Assembly: GCA_951406725.2 (NCBI GenBank)
Contig: OX597814.1
Location: 171,802,001-171,866,000, forward strand
DNA length: 64,000 nt
From: Octopus vulgaris
Taxonomy: Eukaryota
Direction of reading: 5' to 3'
The notes beneath the pieces are model-generated. The model ran no database searches and was not told where the DNA came from. It was given only the letters and a program-made list of their open reading frames with translations. The translations under genes and the position numbers were made by a program. Below are positions 13,230 to 28,000 of the stretch, piece after piece. The first letter of the stretch is position 1; every line of letters starts with the position of its first letter.

Positions 13230-14720
13230 TTACATTGTATAAAACGTAGGAAGATCATTCTAGGGAATCAGTTTTCATAGGGAGTAAGTACTAACTTTTG
13301 TGGTCAGTTTAGGAAGTTTAGAGATTTTTGACGCAAAAAGAGTGATGAGAGGTCGGATGTGTCTAAATGGAGGATGTACAAAGTCCTCAAGCTCTGACCG
13401 CCCAAGGCCATTATGACTGCAAGAGAAAAAAGTGAGGAGACTGCACATCTGTAGCTCAGAGACTGAAGTCTGTTTCTGAGGGGATCTAATCTTAATCATT
13501 CGAGTGGCTTTTGTTTCGATACCTTTCAGAATGTCTCTATGCATAGCGGTAACACCATCCCAGGTATAGGCGCTGTACTCTATTGTGGACCTTTCCTGAG
13601 CTTAGCAAAGTGTAAGGAATTGTTATGGGAATAAATATTTTCAAGCCCTGTAGAGAAGTGATAGTCCCTATGTGTGATGCTGCCCTGACTATATCAAGAA
13701 TGTGCTTTTGCCTGAAGAAACACCCAGGGATAGTAAGGCCAAGCATTTTGAGCGACTATGAAGATCGTTGCTGAGTGTTCTCATGTTTAAGGCAAGTACG
13801 ATGCGATTGTTTTCTTGATGAGTTGTGCTTTATTTTTGGCTGTTATTCTTAAAAGAAACAATATTTGCATAACCTAACAAGAGGATTTTCTGGGGGTCTC
13901 CGTTCAGCGTTGGTTTGACATATGTTGTTTAGGTTACGAATACATATTTCAAGGTCACAGAAGGTTAGGGAGGAATAAAGTTTCTATAATCTGCTTAAGA
14001 ATGGATTATGGCCGAGGTAGTTGAAAGTAAATCTTTGATGCTTAGAGGAAAGTGAGTTGCAGGAGTGGGGGCAAAGCTAAACCTAGAGATCACTGGAGTC
14101 ACATGTAAGAGGTCCATAAAGACCTCCGTAAACACGTGCGCTGAAGGGCGTTCCAACAGGGAGCAGCTGATCAAATAGATGAGAAATAAGTGGAGCCAGT
14201 AGATGGAAGTTTTAATAGAAGATTCACGTGATCGAAGGCTTTGCTTATGTCTAGGGCAACAACATTGCTTTTACGGAACTTCTCTGTGGTGAGTGATACA
14301 AAAGAGGAGGTTTCCAGTGGATTTGGCTCCGCGGATTAGATGTAGCCGGAGATCATTTTAATAGCTACCTCCTGGGAGCACTTCTCGTTGAAAGTTTCCA
14401 GATTATTACTGTTTCGGCAGCACGTGGTCTTTCAGAGACTTTGAAGGGATACAGAAGTCAGTCTCAGGCGATTTAGAATCTCTCATGCAGTCCAGTGTAC
14501 AGTCGTCATACTTCCTAGATATCTGAATTGTGATGGTGCGACAACATATTTATGTAGTATGAACAGAGAAAGCTGAACGAAAAAGGGCGTGAAGTTTACC
14601 ATTAATATTATCTGATATCAGTCCTTGGATCGCTAACTTTTAGGCTAATTCAAGTATAAACTGTAACGGCTACTTTTATGATGACTCCTAGGGGTACAGG
14701 ATCTTAAGCTTCAAGGATAC
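13230..14720 (-). mobile_element. Decayed CR1-group (CR1/L2/Daphne-like) LINE reverse transcriptase region
   Basis: Minus-strand translation gives VVALDISKAFDHV (RT motif A, about 14225-14265), IHS*ADY (decayed YADD) and LTLC*AQERSTIEYSAYTWDG..DILKGIETKATRMI (typical post-RT segment). Many stops and frameshifts. Confidence 0.8.
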
Positions 14721-17700
14721 AGGTATCAGTATATTACAGTTCTAAGATTCGTTCAGAAGTGAGATTAGTTAGTGACTTGCATTTTATGATGTCGAACAAA
14801 TAACGCTAATCACTTGGATTTGAAAGAAGTGATTCAATTTGCTTTGTTCTTCCTTGAAAAGCCACATCATATCAAAGATTTTACATCGATAATAGGTACA
14901 ACGTCCGTTTGCCTCTGAATTAGCCACACAAATATGTTGATACTTATATTAGTTTGTGAGTGTTTGTATTTCTAAACCAATATTTGAATGTGTCCGCATG
15001 TATAAATACAAAACACGAAGTATCGAAGTAAATAAAAATTTTTCAATCACTTTGTATCATATGTGTTAAACCCTACGGTATGTGTATTTAGTATGAGTAA
15101 CACAGTTTAGGGATATTTTCGCTTGACCATATTGTAGTCATTCATAATGAACCTCATTACATTCCCTATATATGGGAAAATGTGGACAAAACTGCCTACG
15201 AGAATTGAATCATATATTTGTTGATCACCTTTCAAACATGTTAATCATTACTCTATATCAACGCGTCCCTCACTCCTTGGTGATTGAAATGAGAACAACA
15301 CATACACATATTCCACTGGACCTGCTATCCCTTCATATTATTACACAAACTTCGTTGGTATTTTGGTAGCTTCTAAACCTCCAGCGATGATTGTCTCATT
15401 GTTACCAACACAAACTAGTTTCATATCAGGGACTCCCATTAATCTTGCCAATGAGTAGAACAGAAAGTACTTCGCTAAGGAGGTCAAATGAGACTGAAAG
15501 TAATCCGTTGTTTTCACATGATGGCTTAAGTAACAGATCCATTCTAATTCTGCATTGTTCTATATTTCCAAAATTTCAGTTCATTTTTTTCATTGAAAAC
15601 CGGTCACATAAAACATCTCTCTTACTTATTTTTACCCAAACCCAGCGACAGCTTTTAACTACAAATTACATGAATAAATTCAGTAATTGGAAGTTTTTTG
15701 CAATTCACTTTACAATATATACATACATCTAAACACAAACACACACATACGCACGCATACACACATGGATATTTATTAATAGGAGAAACAGAGCTCAGTA
15801 TATGAGCATGTATACATTTTCTATAGTATTAAATCGACAGAAGGTTGCTAAAGTACTCAAGGGCCGAGAAATTACTATGCACGAAACCCCTGGTCCTTGA
15901 ATCGGTTCATAACTTGCTGCTGATTTACCATAATAAAAAGTATGTGTGTGTGTGTGTATGATTGAGCATTTCTGTATGTTTTATGTGACCGGTTTTTAAT
16001 GTCTTTTTCTATTCAAATTCTCGTATTTGCTAATGAAATATTAATTTTTTAAATATTTCCCACGTCTGTGTCAGCATTTCTGTTTTTAATCGACTCTGTA
16101 ATCCAGATAGATGGTCTTCAGTGGCATTATTGTTCTGGTGTTATACGACTCGATTGCTTTCTTTCAAGTCACTTCCGAATCAATAGCCTAATCGACAAAA
16201 TAATGTTAACAGAAAATTATATTCACTGAACTTGTATTATGGGATTTGGTACACAAAAATCTCCCAAGTTATTTACGGAAAGTAAATAATCACGGCTGTT
16301 ACTAACACTAATAAAGGAGTTGGCAAATTTGTGATGTTCTGTCATAGTAAACGAGAAAGAAATTAGTACTTCTAGGAAAAAAAATGTCTTCTATAGATTT
16401 AGATATATAAATTGTTTCCAGATGAAGGATTAGCGAGTGCTCTGTGGTTGTAACGAATGTCGTTTGACCTCTATGATTAATAAGCTATTTTAGACGTTAA
16501 TCATTTGACTGCCTAAATCCAGTATGTTTAAAGTATATATATGTATCGAGTTTTCTTATTAATTTTAGTTTGATACAATAAATGTTATGAAAATATAAAG
16601 GAAAAAATAGGACTTGGAATAGAAACAAACTCTCGTTTAGTTGCAAAAGTTTGAATGTACTTTGTATATAATCGGGAATCAACAAGGCTAAATATATCCT
16701 TGTTTTTGTAAAACAGTGGACTTGATAAGCAAAACACTACTACTATGTAAGACAGATATAACACTAAAAAGTAAAATAGATATAAATTGCGAAGGATATT
16801 AAGAATTAGGAAAATGAATCTTAGATTGATCAAACACCAAACATTAATCGGGTTAAATCCTTTAAGCCACTAATCTAAAGACAATTTTTACGTCGCACTC
16901 ATTTATGACTTTCATATTATGGTTGAATATCTATGCTGTGATATTCTGTGATCCAAGTTTTGTTTTGACTCGTAATTTTAGCGGATAAATCATATAATTT
17001 AAGGAAGGTAGTCTGTTTGTCTCTGTCTGTCTGTCTCTGTTTCTGTCTGTCTGCCTGTCTGTCTCTATTATTATTTTTTGTGAGAAAACAGTCCTGTGTT
17101 CTTGGCTGGAAAGTGATCTGACCTGAGACCGTATTTTGAAAACAAAGCTGGTACAGCGTAGAAGATACATACCAACCGTTCAAAAACACACTAAAAATGT
17201 TAACTTCATTTAATCATTTATTAATTTCGTGTCAAAATTTTCATCGAACTACATGCGACCTGGTCACTACCACAATTCCTTCGCGAGTAGTTTAAGATGA
17301 GGCTGTTGGTCAGTATATATAGACTCTAGGATTTTAAGTAATTTTTTTCTCGATTTATAAGGCCAGTCATTCCTGTTATCGCCTGATATTCCTTGTAGGT
17401 CACTTAATTCATGCACTCTCACTTCCTTCCTTCTCTCAATCATATATTTGCTGGTCCTTGAGAAACAATGTATCCAAAATCGTTATCTGAAATAGCTTGC
17501 TTAAAATATTTTGAAAGTTGAACTGTGCGTATTTTTATTGTATTCAGATAAAGAAATATAAACATAAAAGATTAACCATTTGAAAACAGAAAGGAATTGG
17601 ATAGAAAGTTATCTCCAGCTCCTCGGAAAACATTAATTCTGTAAAGCTGAGAAAACTTTTTTCCTAACCTGTAGATACTTCTTCAAAACTCAATCTATTT

Positions 17701-18187
17701 TCTATGTGTGAAAGTTCAATTCTTTTATATCTAATTTAGACTACTAGCCTTGAAATATTGATAACGCGTGTGAAAAATGAGAAAGGTTTTTTTTTTCATC
17801 AGAACATTAAAGGTGATCAAAAAGGAGATCAAAAAAGGACATATAGATCAGATAGAATTACTTAAGATATATTTCGTACAACATTTACACTTATATCTTT
17901 AATAAATGCTGAATGACCGTAAATATTGTTCAGTAAACCTTAATTATCTGGACGCAAATTAATGAATTATTATTATTAACGAGATTAACAGAATCTGCGA
18001 ACCTTACCAAACCGCTGTTAATTTTTAGCTTAACTGCCATGATTATTATTCTCATGAGAAAATTTTATTTGCCATTACGGAAAAAGAAAGAGATAGAGAT
18101 TGCATGTGGTTGCTTGGTCTGCAAGAAATGGCATCCAAATCTCACTCGATAACACCATTTCGTCTTAAAAAATGAATCAAGTATATA

Positions 18188-18490
18188 TCTTTATATATAA
18201 AAGTGAAGTTGTGTGAGTGTCTGTCTCCTATGATTTAGATTCCTAACTACTCCCATATTTTGCGGTGCAGTTTAACCAAAAGCGGGTATCTTATAGTCGT
18301 GATTCATATCGAGCCCTTCTGGGTATTAGCGCGCGTCTACGATGAGTCTATGATTAAAAAAAAAATTACTATAAGTTTTTCCCATTTTTAATGCATTTTT
18401 TTTGCTATTATATAAGAGAAGTAACTCTCTAAAAATGCTTATATAGTTATTTCCCTTACAAACCCGAGCAACGCCGGGTGATACTGCTAG
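18188..18490 (+). mobile_element. Non-autonomous Helitron (303 bp)
   Basis: A|TC 5' end, subterminal hairpin ACCCG-AGCAACGC-CGGGT at 18462-18479, CTAG|T 3' end, no TSD. Confidence 0.85.
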
Positions 18491-18699
18491 TGTATAATAT
18501 ATTCCTGAATACATTATACCTTAACGAAAGATGGAATGGATGATCAAGGTTTCAATGCTTTCGATCATGGGTCTTTTCAACGAGGGCTGCCCTGGAATTA
18601 AAAACGGCAACAACAAATAGCTATTCTAGGCTCTCAAGTATATTATTTTATACGCCGTCGGTGAATAAATCTATTCTGTTCTGCTGTCAACATTATTAA

Positions 18700-19283
18700 C
18701 CCCTTACCCGGCAGAAACGAATATATGCGTTTTGACCGAAATCGTTTTTTTCTATCTCTGGCGAGTTAACTCGTCAAAAGATAGACTCGCCAAAATCGAC
18801 AGCAAACGAGTTCCTTTGTCTATTATAAACTCTTTTTTGACATATACGAGTATATTCGCTCACTTTATACGTCTGGCAGTGACGATTTCTGCCACCTTTC
18901 GCTTGAGTAAGGCATTGAAGACCGAGTATGATTTAGTCACCTGGAGACAGTCGAAGGGTTGGAAGGCACATTTTATGAATAGAAGTATTCACTTTGTTTT
19001 TACATTGTTTTTTTTTATACCTTTATATTATAACCCCACCATGTCGATAACCAAATAAAATAACATGATTTTTTGTAAAAGTAATGTGGTTTATGAAAAA
19101 AACGGGTTAACTCGTTTCTGCCCAAAGCGGTAATTTAAAATCAATATTATTGAATTAAATTTCATAATAAATAAGGTTTGAAATATACCTCGAAATCACC
19201 ATTCAAAACATAGTAAAATAAAACAATTAAAAAATATGTCTGAAAAAATACATTTATTTTCAAAATAATTGTTGGGTAAGGGG
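18700..19283. mobile_element. piggyBac-type MITE (584 bp)
   Basis: TTAA|CCCCTTACCC ... GGGTAAGGGG|TTAA: TTAA TSD at 18696-18699 and 19284-19287 with CCC-starting TIRs. No transposase. Confidence 0.88.
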
Positions 19284-19476
19284 TTAAGTCAATATTCACT
19301 ACTGAGAATTTGATCCCTGAAAACAAAACGTTCTTGGTTCGCTATGAAGATTACTATATTCTACCTATGTTTCCTAACCAACGATCAAAAGGAAAACTAA
19401 CTGATCAACTGTGCATAATGACATTATTTACATTATTTACATTCGACGGATATTTGTCCTCATCTTGTTTGTTGTT

Positions 19477-19522
19477 AACATCACATTTCGGCTGATATAC
19501 CCTCCAGCCTTCTTCAGGTGTC
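19477..19522 (-). ncRNA. Minimal type-I hammerhead motif (mutated stem III/I)
   Basis: Reverse complement: GACAC CTGAAGA A GGCTG GAGGGTATAT CAGCC GAAA TG TG ATGTT. Confidence 0.65.
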
Positions 19523-19569
19523 TTGGGGAAATTTCGAACCTGGGTTCTCATTCCTGAGGTATTTTTCAA

Positions 19570-19697
<128 letters not shown>

Positions 19698-19887
19698 GTG
19701 TTGCTGTTGTTGATGTTGTTGTTGTTGTTCAGGTCACTGCTTGAAATCGAAGTTGGAATCTTGGGGTTAGTAGCCCGCGCTCTTAACCACTACGCCATAT
19801 GCTCACGGACATATGGCGTAGTGACATATGGCGTAGTGACATATGGCGTACCTTAGGAATGAAAACCCAGGTTAGAAATTTCCCCAA

Positions 19888-19933
19888 GACACCTGAAGAA
19901 AGCTGGAGGGTATATCAGCCGAAACGTGGTGTT
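19888..19933 (+). ncRNA. Minimal type-I hammerhead motif
   Basis: GACAC CTGAAGA A AGCTG GAGGGTATAT CAGCC GAAA CG TG GTGTT. It has a 5-bp stem I and an ACGT palindrome at stem III, but position 17 is G (a non-cleavable triplet). Confidence 0.7.
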
Positions 19934-20382
19934 AACAACAAACAAGATGAGGACAAATATCCGTCGAATGTAAATAATGTAAATATTGTACATAATTCCT
20001 CATCCCTTAAATATAGAACTGTGCACAATGAATACACTACGAGCCAGTTAGACAGCTTTAATATGGTCGCTTGACTTGCTAGCACTAGCTGCCAACTCAT
20101 TCTCAAATCGTTCACTCAGCGTTTTAAGATCGGTTTCATTGAATATACAATCTGAGATATCCGAAAGGACAGGTTAGACACAACTGGAATTTCTTTGGTC
20201 AAAGCACTCCCCAATGAGGGTTGACCTTAGCCTAAACAAAAATAACAAAAGTTGAAAAGTAACGGCAATAAGTAGGCGCTATATTATTTACTCGATACAC
20301 CATTTTTTTTTCTGCGTTTATTCTGTTATTTTCTAAATTTCATTTATGGTTTTATGAAGTTAAATTCCAAGAGAATTTATAT

Positions 20383-20450
<68 letters not shown>

Positions 20451-20554
20451 ACACACACACAAAACACAAACACACACACACATATTGATTGATAGATAGA
20501 GAGGTAAATAGGTAGATAGATAGAGAGATATATAGACAAACAGTCAGACAGACA

Positions 20555-20629
<75 letters not shown>

Positions 20630-20667
20630 GTAGATAGATAGATACATGCATACATACATAAATGCAT

Positions 20668-21220
20668 ACTCCACCTCTACCCCCACTCTCAACCTAACCG
20701 GCACCCCACCCTTGTTTTCCCCACTCTCACCTCTCCCACCTTCCAACACCATCACACCGTACCACACACCACTGCACCTTACACCCCTATACCACACAAC
20801 ACATCACATCACAACACACCACCACTCATACATCAGCACTGACCACTTCCCAGACCTACATTTTCACACCTACACATACACATACGCACACGTCAAGATC
20901 ACCAGCCCTCTTCCACACGCACATACAAATTCTCTTATACACACACACGCTCACCGTCGTTTTGGGATCACCGCTACTTTATTACCTCCCCTGCTCCCTA
21001 GTTCTCCTGTGTGACCCTTCTGTTCGGCATTCACCATGATAGATCGCTAGCCACTACACATTCTTTGGTTTCTCTCCTTGTTTCTTTCTGTGTTCCTTTC
21101 TGTGGAAGAGCGTAGGTTCGAAAAGCTAAAGACTTTTTCCCTTCCCGAGCGTTATACTAATACATCTGTTTGTTGTCTACACCACCTGTCTTCGTCTTTT
21201 GTTTTTTGTGAATTCTCCCT
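20668..21220 (+). mobile_element. Solo 3' end of a Penelope-like element related to 31930-32945
   Basis: C-rich tract, CA-rich tract, then 21050-21220 aligns to 32750-32945, including the HHR-like CTTT CTGTGGA A GAGC GTAG GTTC GAAA (21096-21131). Bounded by TACA/TAGA microsatellites. Confidence 0.8.
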
Positions 21221-21226
21221 AGATAA

Positions 21227-21281
<55 letters not shown>

Positions 21282-21312
21282 CATACATACATACATACAT
21301 AGATACATACAT

Positions 21313-21355
<43 letters not shown>

Positions 21356-22191
21356 TATACGTATGTACGTGTTGGTTTCGTTTAGATCCCCGAAACCTAG
21401 CAGTCCGGAAAAAGAAACCAAAAAAAATATTTACAAGGCTTAAAAATTAAGTATAAGTTTCGCACTTTAAGGTGGTGTTCCTGCATGAGGCCAGTGCCTG
21501 AAAATGATAAAACATAAAAAGTAAATAAATAAGGGCCAAAACTATAGCGTTTACATTAGCTCACATGCTTACCAGAGAGATGAAACATAAGAGCATTTAT
21601 ACAGAGGAAGAATCAGGTGGTAAATGAAAATCCGTTGAAAATGTAAACCCAGTTAGAAGGTCACAAGAGTAGGAAAAGGAGAATTTTGTGAGGAAAATAT
21701 AAAAAAAACAAGGAACCACAACAGGTGAGTGTGCATAGGGTTTAACAGGAATGCTCATATATACATACGTAAATACATACATACATGGACATACACACAC
21801 ACATACGTATATACATACTTACATACATACATACATAGATGTGTACGTATATGGGTGCGTGTGTATACTCAAATAGGTAGGTATACTTGTGAGTGTACGC
21901 GCACGCAGTTTCGTGTCGTACATAATTGTATGTATTATATATATGTGTGCGTATGTGTATCTAGCTATCTGTCTATATATATGTGTGTATATATATATAT
22001 GTGTGTGTGCGTGTGTGTTTATATATATATATATATAAACACATTAAATTTACACGTATATGCGCACAGATGCGCACGTATACATACATTCATACGCGCA
22101 CTTGTACGCACATGCACACATGCACGCACACATGTGAATGCGTGTATATATATATATATATATATATATACAGACACAGACACACGCATAC

Positions 22192-22243
<52 letters not shown>

Positions 22244-22379
22244 GCACACACACAAACATACATGCAATAAAATTCAAACAAATTCTAAACGACCTGATAG
22301 AGGTGAGAGAAAAGAGAGAAAAAGGACAGAAACAGGAAGGAGCGAGGGAGGAAGAGAAAGAGAGAGAGAGATAGACAGA

Positions 22380-22423
<44 letters not shown>

Positions 22424-22905
22424 AAGCAAGAGTGTGTAGATGGGCAATGGTTGTTACATTGAGATAATGATTGACACACGATAAATAATGTATGTAAGAC
22501 TGTGGGGGACGAAGGGGAAGTAGTATACACATTGTTTATAGAAGCGGGTTTTTCTGCGATAAACATTTCTGTATGATGACATACCCAGCCCAGCTCAGCC
22601 CAAACCATTCGCTTTCTCTCTGTTTCTGCTTCTCTCTCTCTCTCTCTGTCTCTCTTTCACACGCACGCGCGGATGCGCACACACGCACACATACGCACGC
22701 ACACGCACGCATACTCTCTTTCTTTCTCTCTTTCTCTCTCACGTACATACACATACATACATACACATACATACACATACAAACACATTCACTCCCTGTT
22801 TCTCTCTCTCGTTTTCTTCTTCTATCTCTTTATCTCACACACATACATACATACATATTCTCTCTCTCTCTCTCTCTCTCTCATACACACACATATACAC
22901 GCACG

Positions 22906-22939
<34 letters not shown>

Positions 22940-23072
22940 ATCACTGTATCTCTCTCTCTCTCTCTCACTCTCTCTCGCTGTCTGTCCGTTTCTTTCTCAG
23001 ACACACATACACACACTTCTCGCTCTATCTCTCATACATATACCCGTTCTTTCTTACCCCCTACATACACAC

Positions 23073-23109
<37 letters not shown>

Positions 23110-23138
23110 ATATATATATATATATATATCTGTCCCTC

Positions 23139-23174
<36 letters not shown>

Positions 23175-24261
23175 ACACATACACGTACACATACAAACGA
23201 CCTCTTATCTGACTTTCGAAAGTCACGCAGTTCAATACTAAATACATTGTGAAGGAGAATAAAAGAAAAGGAAGGAAAGAAAGAAAGAAAAAAGGAAAAG
23301 AAAAGAAATGGCGAGAAAAAGGAAGAAAGAGCATGGAAAGTGAGGTTAAGATGAAAGACTGAAACCGGAATTAAAGAGCGAAATTGGAGCAGAAGAATAA
23401 GAAAGAACGAAAGAAGACAGTGAAGAAAGAAGGAAGGAAATAAAGGTGATACAGAGAAACGAAAGCCGAATAAGAGGGAAAAGGAAAGTAAAGCAACACA
23501 AATGAAGAGAGAATGGGTAAGAGGGAAAGAAAGATGGCGGACTTTAAAGGAAAACATGGGAATACAAAGTTGGATCAAAAGACAATATAAAAAGAGAAAG
23601 AGACAAAGAACCGGGAGAAGAAATGAAAGAGGAAGAAGGTAAGGAAAAGAGGAAGAAGGAAAGCTAAAACCCATGGTTGAACAGATAGAAGAAAAAGAAA
23701 GAAATAATAAAAGGTAGAGGAGAAGGAAGAATAAATAGGAGGTGAACCCCCACCTTTCATTGGCCTTCATTGGCTCGTTATGAATTATTCAGTCTCAAGT
23801 CAGCTCTCATCAATCAGACCAATGATCAAAGATGTTCCAGCCACGACCATTCTGTATTTTATTCACCCATTGTGTGTCTAGGGCCAGTTTATCCGATGTG
23901 TCTTTCATTTTTTTTTCTTTTTTAAAGATGGTATGATACAATTTGGTGGTAGTGGTAGATTAGACTGGTATTTCTAGCCTCGTCCAGTGATCATGTAGGG
24001 AATCTCATGCTGGCTGTTTTTTTTTCTTTTAAATTTTAACCTCAGATTAGTCACGATCGAACAATTCTATGATCGAAGGCGTTCTAGCCATGACCATCCC
24101 ACCTTTTCCTCATACATGATAGCAACAACTGCATTATCCAGTATGTTCTTGCTTTTCTTCTTGTTTTGGAATTGTGTGAGTTGAGGAATTATTGCTATTT
24201 TTAGCAGTTCGGGTGAGTACGTAGAGGCTCCCTCCACTGCGGATATACCCACTCTTATCTA

Positions 24262-24492
24262 TGTCTTTACTACCCACAAGGGGCTAAACACAGAGGGGAC
24301 AAACAAGGACAGACAAACGGATTAAGTCGATTATATCGACCCCAGTACTTAACTGGTACTTAATTTATCGACCCCGAAAGGATGAAAGTCAAAGCCGACC
24401 TCGACGGAATTTGAACTTAGAACGTAACGGCAGACGAAATACGGCTACGCATTTCGCCCGGCGTGCTAACGTTTCTGCCAGCTCGCCGCCTT
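24262..24492 (-). mobile_element. SINE family A, full length
   Basis: Head-to-tail match to the family. CTCTTATCTA occurs on both flanks. Confidence 0.9.
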
Positions 24493-24874
24493 ATAACGCT
24501 CTTATCTAACTGGAATATCTAATTTGAAGTATAAAAATATGTAATGTAGTCGAGGGGGAAAGAGTGGAGTAAAATATAGAGAAAGATGGAAGATAAATAA
24601 CGAAAGAATTACTGCGGATAAAGTAGAAAATATTTTGAAGTTCAACGTACGTATTATCATTTTTGGCCGGGTGGCGTAAGTCAAAGGAAGAAAATTGGTG
24701 TCTATGACATTTTTTTCAATCTTCTGTTGGACGGGAAACATGGTGACTGTTGAACGGGAAACAAGGAAAGAATTTTCCTTACATTGTTTGCTTTTCCAGT
24801 ATGAACCGGTGGATGAAGATATCGAATAATCTATCGTCAAACTAAAGATCTGGTTAGAATATTTCTAGAGTGTG

Positions 24875-25095
24875 TAAGGCGTCGAGTGGGCAGAATCGTT
24901 AGCTCCTAGGGCAAAATGCTTAGCGATATTTGTCTGGTTTTACGTTCCGAATGCAAATTCTGCCGAGGTCGACTTTGCCTTTCATTCCTTCGGGGTCGAT
25001 AAAATAAGTACCAGCTGAGCACTGGGGGTCGATGTAATCGATTTATCCCCACCCTCGACATCGTTGAACTTGTGCCAATATTTGAAGCCAATATT
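24875..25095 (+). mobile_element. SINE family A, older subfamily
   Basis: Diverged head plus GCCTTTCATTCCTTCGGGGTCGATAAAATAAGTACCAG. Confidence 0.8.
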
Positions 25096-28000
25096 TCTAG
25101 ACTGGGTTCTGCTAAAGACTAATATGCGATAGGGTAACATTTGTAATAATATAGTGTAAGTTAAATTATTTTGATCAATTGAAATTATCTAAATACAAAG
25201 CCAAATTCTAAAACAGAAAAAAAGAAGCTTTTAGGGATGTTTCAAATTTTAAAACAACAAACAAAGGAGTTAACTCCCCAAAATTAGCTAATTAATATTT
25301 TTGGGGCAACATAGACAAATCAGACTGAAGTGGATCTAGATTTTTTAAGACCTCATCTGCGTGAAAAAAAAAAAAACAGATTAGGTTTCGGTGTTATTAG
25401 ACTTCGTCAGCGAAACATATTCAACTCAGTTGGTAATAAACTAAAAGTAATCAATTTACAGAGAAAATTGGAATGTAGAATCGTTGATTGTAAATATCAA
25501 CAATATGACAGCGATGAAATGCATCAGAGTAGCACTCTGCACCCTATATACAAATACTATCTCTCTTATGAAATATAGTGAGGTGAATTACTTAAATTAG
25601 CAAAAGTTATCGAAGTACCTGACAAAAAAAAAACTCACTTTAAGGGTGTTTAAAATCCAAAATTACCCATGGCTAGATGTCGTTTTCATTCTCACCTGCG
25701 GCGAAATATATGTTCTTTTCTATAAATTTTCTTTTATAGCTTAGACATGGGTGAAAGTATTGTGCCCATGATCTGTTTTCAGGACCTCCGAGATTGTCGC
25801 AGACAAAAAATATCACGACTCATGGGGTATAATCAGAGTTGGCCTAAGTTGTGGTGGTTCACGTAGAATTATTTGTGAGTGCTCTTACAAATATAGATTT
25901 AAAATTTTTTCCGAAGGAGGTAGAGTTTCGAATCTAATACTAAAGTGTTCATCACAATATACAAGCAAAATATACAGCAAACAGACACTGCACAAAGGTT
26001 TCAAATTCTTTCATGAATATGTTTAAGAGAGTGGTGGTGAGAAGAAAAGCTATCTTCATTATTGGCAATGAAATCGATACAATTTTGTTACACACACTGA
26101 TTGCAAAATAGATATATAGAAGAAACTCCAACCGATACTGTTGGTTTCCTCTAAAAGTAACAAATTTTCTCCCAATTAACTGAAGAATATGAAATGTAAG
26201 AACAGATGCTAAAACTGCACACATTATTCTCAAACATTTTTGTTGATTTTACGTCTACAAATGTTTTATATCGCTTTCCTATATTTTTACACAATATTAT
26301 TTTCTATAGACAAAATTGACAAGAAATTTGATCTGTCTGTATTTAAACGATCTCCAACACATAACATGATACACCTTATTCCTTGGAGTTCCGGGCAACT
26401 GCCCAAGATTCCAATAACATCAGTTAAACCTTGGTCTAGGGGCAGTAAGAACCAGTATATCATGATATCGAATTATCTAGTCTAAGACTTAGGGTCACGG
26501 TTTGACTGATTGCAATAGAGTGTGCTTCGTGTCGCATCTAGGCTTAGCGAGTCATTAAACCACGTAAAGCTTGGAGGCTTCTCGTTCAAAAATTACACTA
26601 GCAGTTCTTACAAAGTTGAAAACATGCATTTTAATTATTTTGGAATTGGAAGAGACCTATTTTGCTGCTTGTATGGCTTATACCTAAATCAAACGTAGCT
26701 GGTGCTTGTTTTATCGATCTAGAAGAAACGAAAAGCATAGCTTACTCCAGTAGGATTTGATCTTTGAAGAATTTAAAGAGATGTAAATAAATGCAGTAAG
26801 CTTATTTAGTCCTTTCCTGTATTGTTACTGCCACTCTGCTGCCATATTTAATGATACAATAACGAATAGAGAATATAAAGAGAAATATATATATATATAT
26901 ATATATATATGCAAAGTAAAAATACAAACACTATAGGGAATTGAAAATATCAATAAAAAAAAGAGAGAAAAATGATAAGTGAAAGAGAAATATTACTGAA
27001 GGAACGTGAGTTGGGGTGGGGATTGATCGAGATAAAAAATATCAGTGAAACAAGTACACAAAAATAAGATAAAATAAAATATTATAAAGGAGAGAAAGAA
27101 AGAATATGTATGAAAACAAAACTTTCGACGAGATAGTAATCCAGATTTAAAATGCCATTAGTCTTTGAAACGATCAAAATGGTCTATTTGTACAGCTATT
27201 TTCTACATCCAACACCGTCACCTCTATCTGACAAAGGCACTTGGTTGTGTTTAGTTAAAGAATAAGTAAATTTTCATGCCGTTATGATTCCATCTAGAAA
27301 TGGGCTGTCTATTGTAAATGATTATATGATAAATCGAAATTTACTGAATTTTCATGCATTTTGTCAAACTGCAGTTTGAAGCGAAACATAAACTGCGATT
27401 TGGATTTCTATGTAAAGGAAAATATAACACAAGTGTGAGATATATAGAAAAATGAGATTATAATGTGTGAAATACTGTGTGATAAGAAAGAAAGACAGGA
27501 AAAGAGGAAATGAGAGAGGGAGAAAGAGAGAGAAAGAGAGACTGAAAGAATGAGAGAGAGAGAGAGAGAGACAGTGTGTGTGTATGGGTGTATGTGAATG
27601 CACGAGTGTCTGTATGTGTGATACAGAAGTGTGAATAATCATATTACTATGATATATCAACTTTGCAGTGTAAGATATATTAATGCTGGAATGATTTTAC
27701 TGTAATGATAATTTTACTGTATGTTGCTATGGTGATTTTATTGAGGATTTGTTACTGTTGCGATGGTATTACTACGATACCAATTTTATTTATCCGAATG
27801 AAATATGGCTTTGTAAACACAGACACACCATGGTCTCAGAATTATAAGAAAGGAATGAAACTGTTAATGTGTGATGTTCATGCCCTTGAGAAAAGAAAAT
27901 AGCGACATAAGTGATATGAAATCGAAAACTATTTGCAGAAAATCGACTGGCCGAGAGCATTAATACTTCTCTAGGCTTGCACGCAGACGTTGAGTGTCAA

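Noticed and set aside
15857-15900. Hammerhead-like TCAAG...GAAA-CCCCTGG-TC-CTTGA
   Set aside because: Stem I and the 3' half fit, but no CUGANGA or stem II is recognisable.
19730-19802. tRNA gene
   Set aside because: Degenerate B box and no proper acceptor stem. It is a SINE-type head, as are the other tRNA-like sequences in the window.
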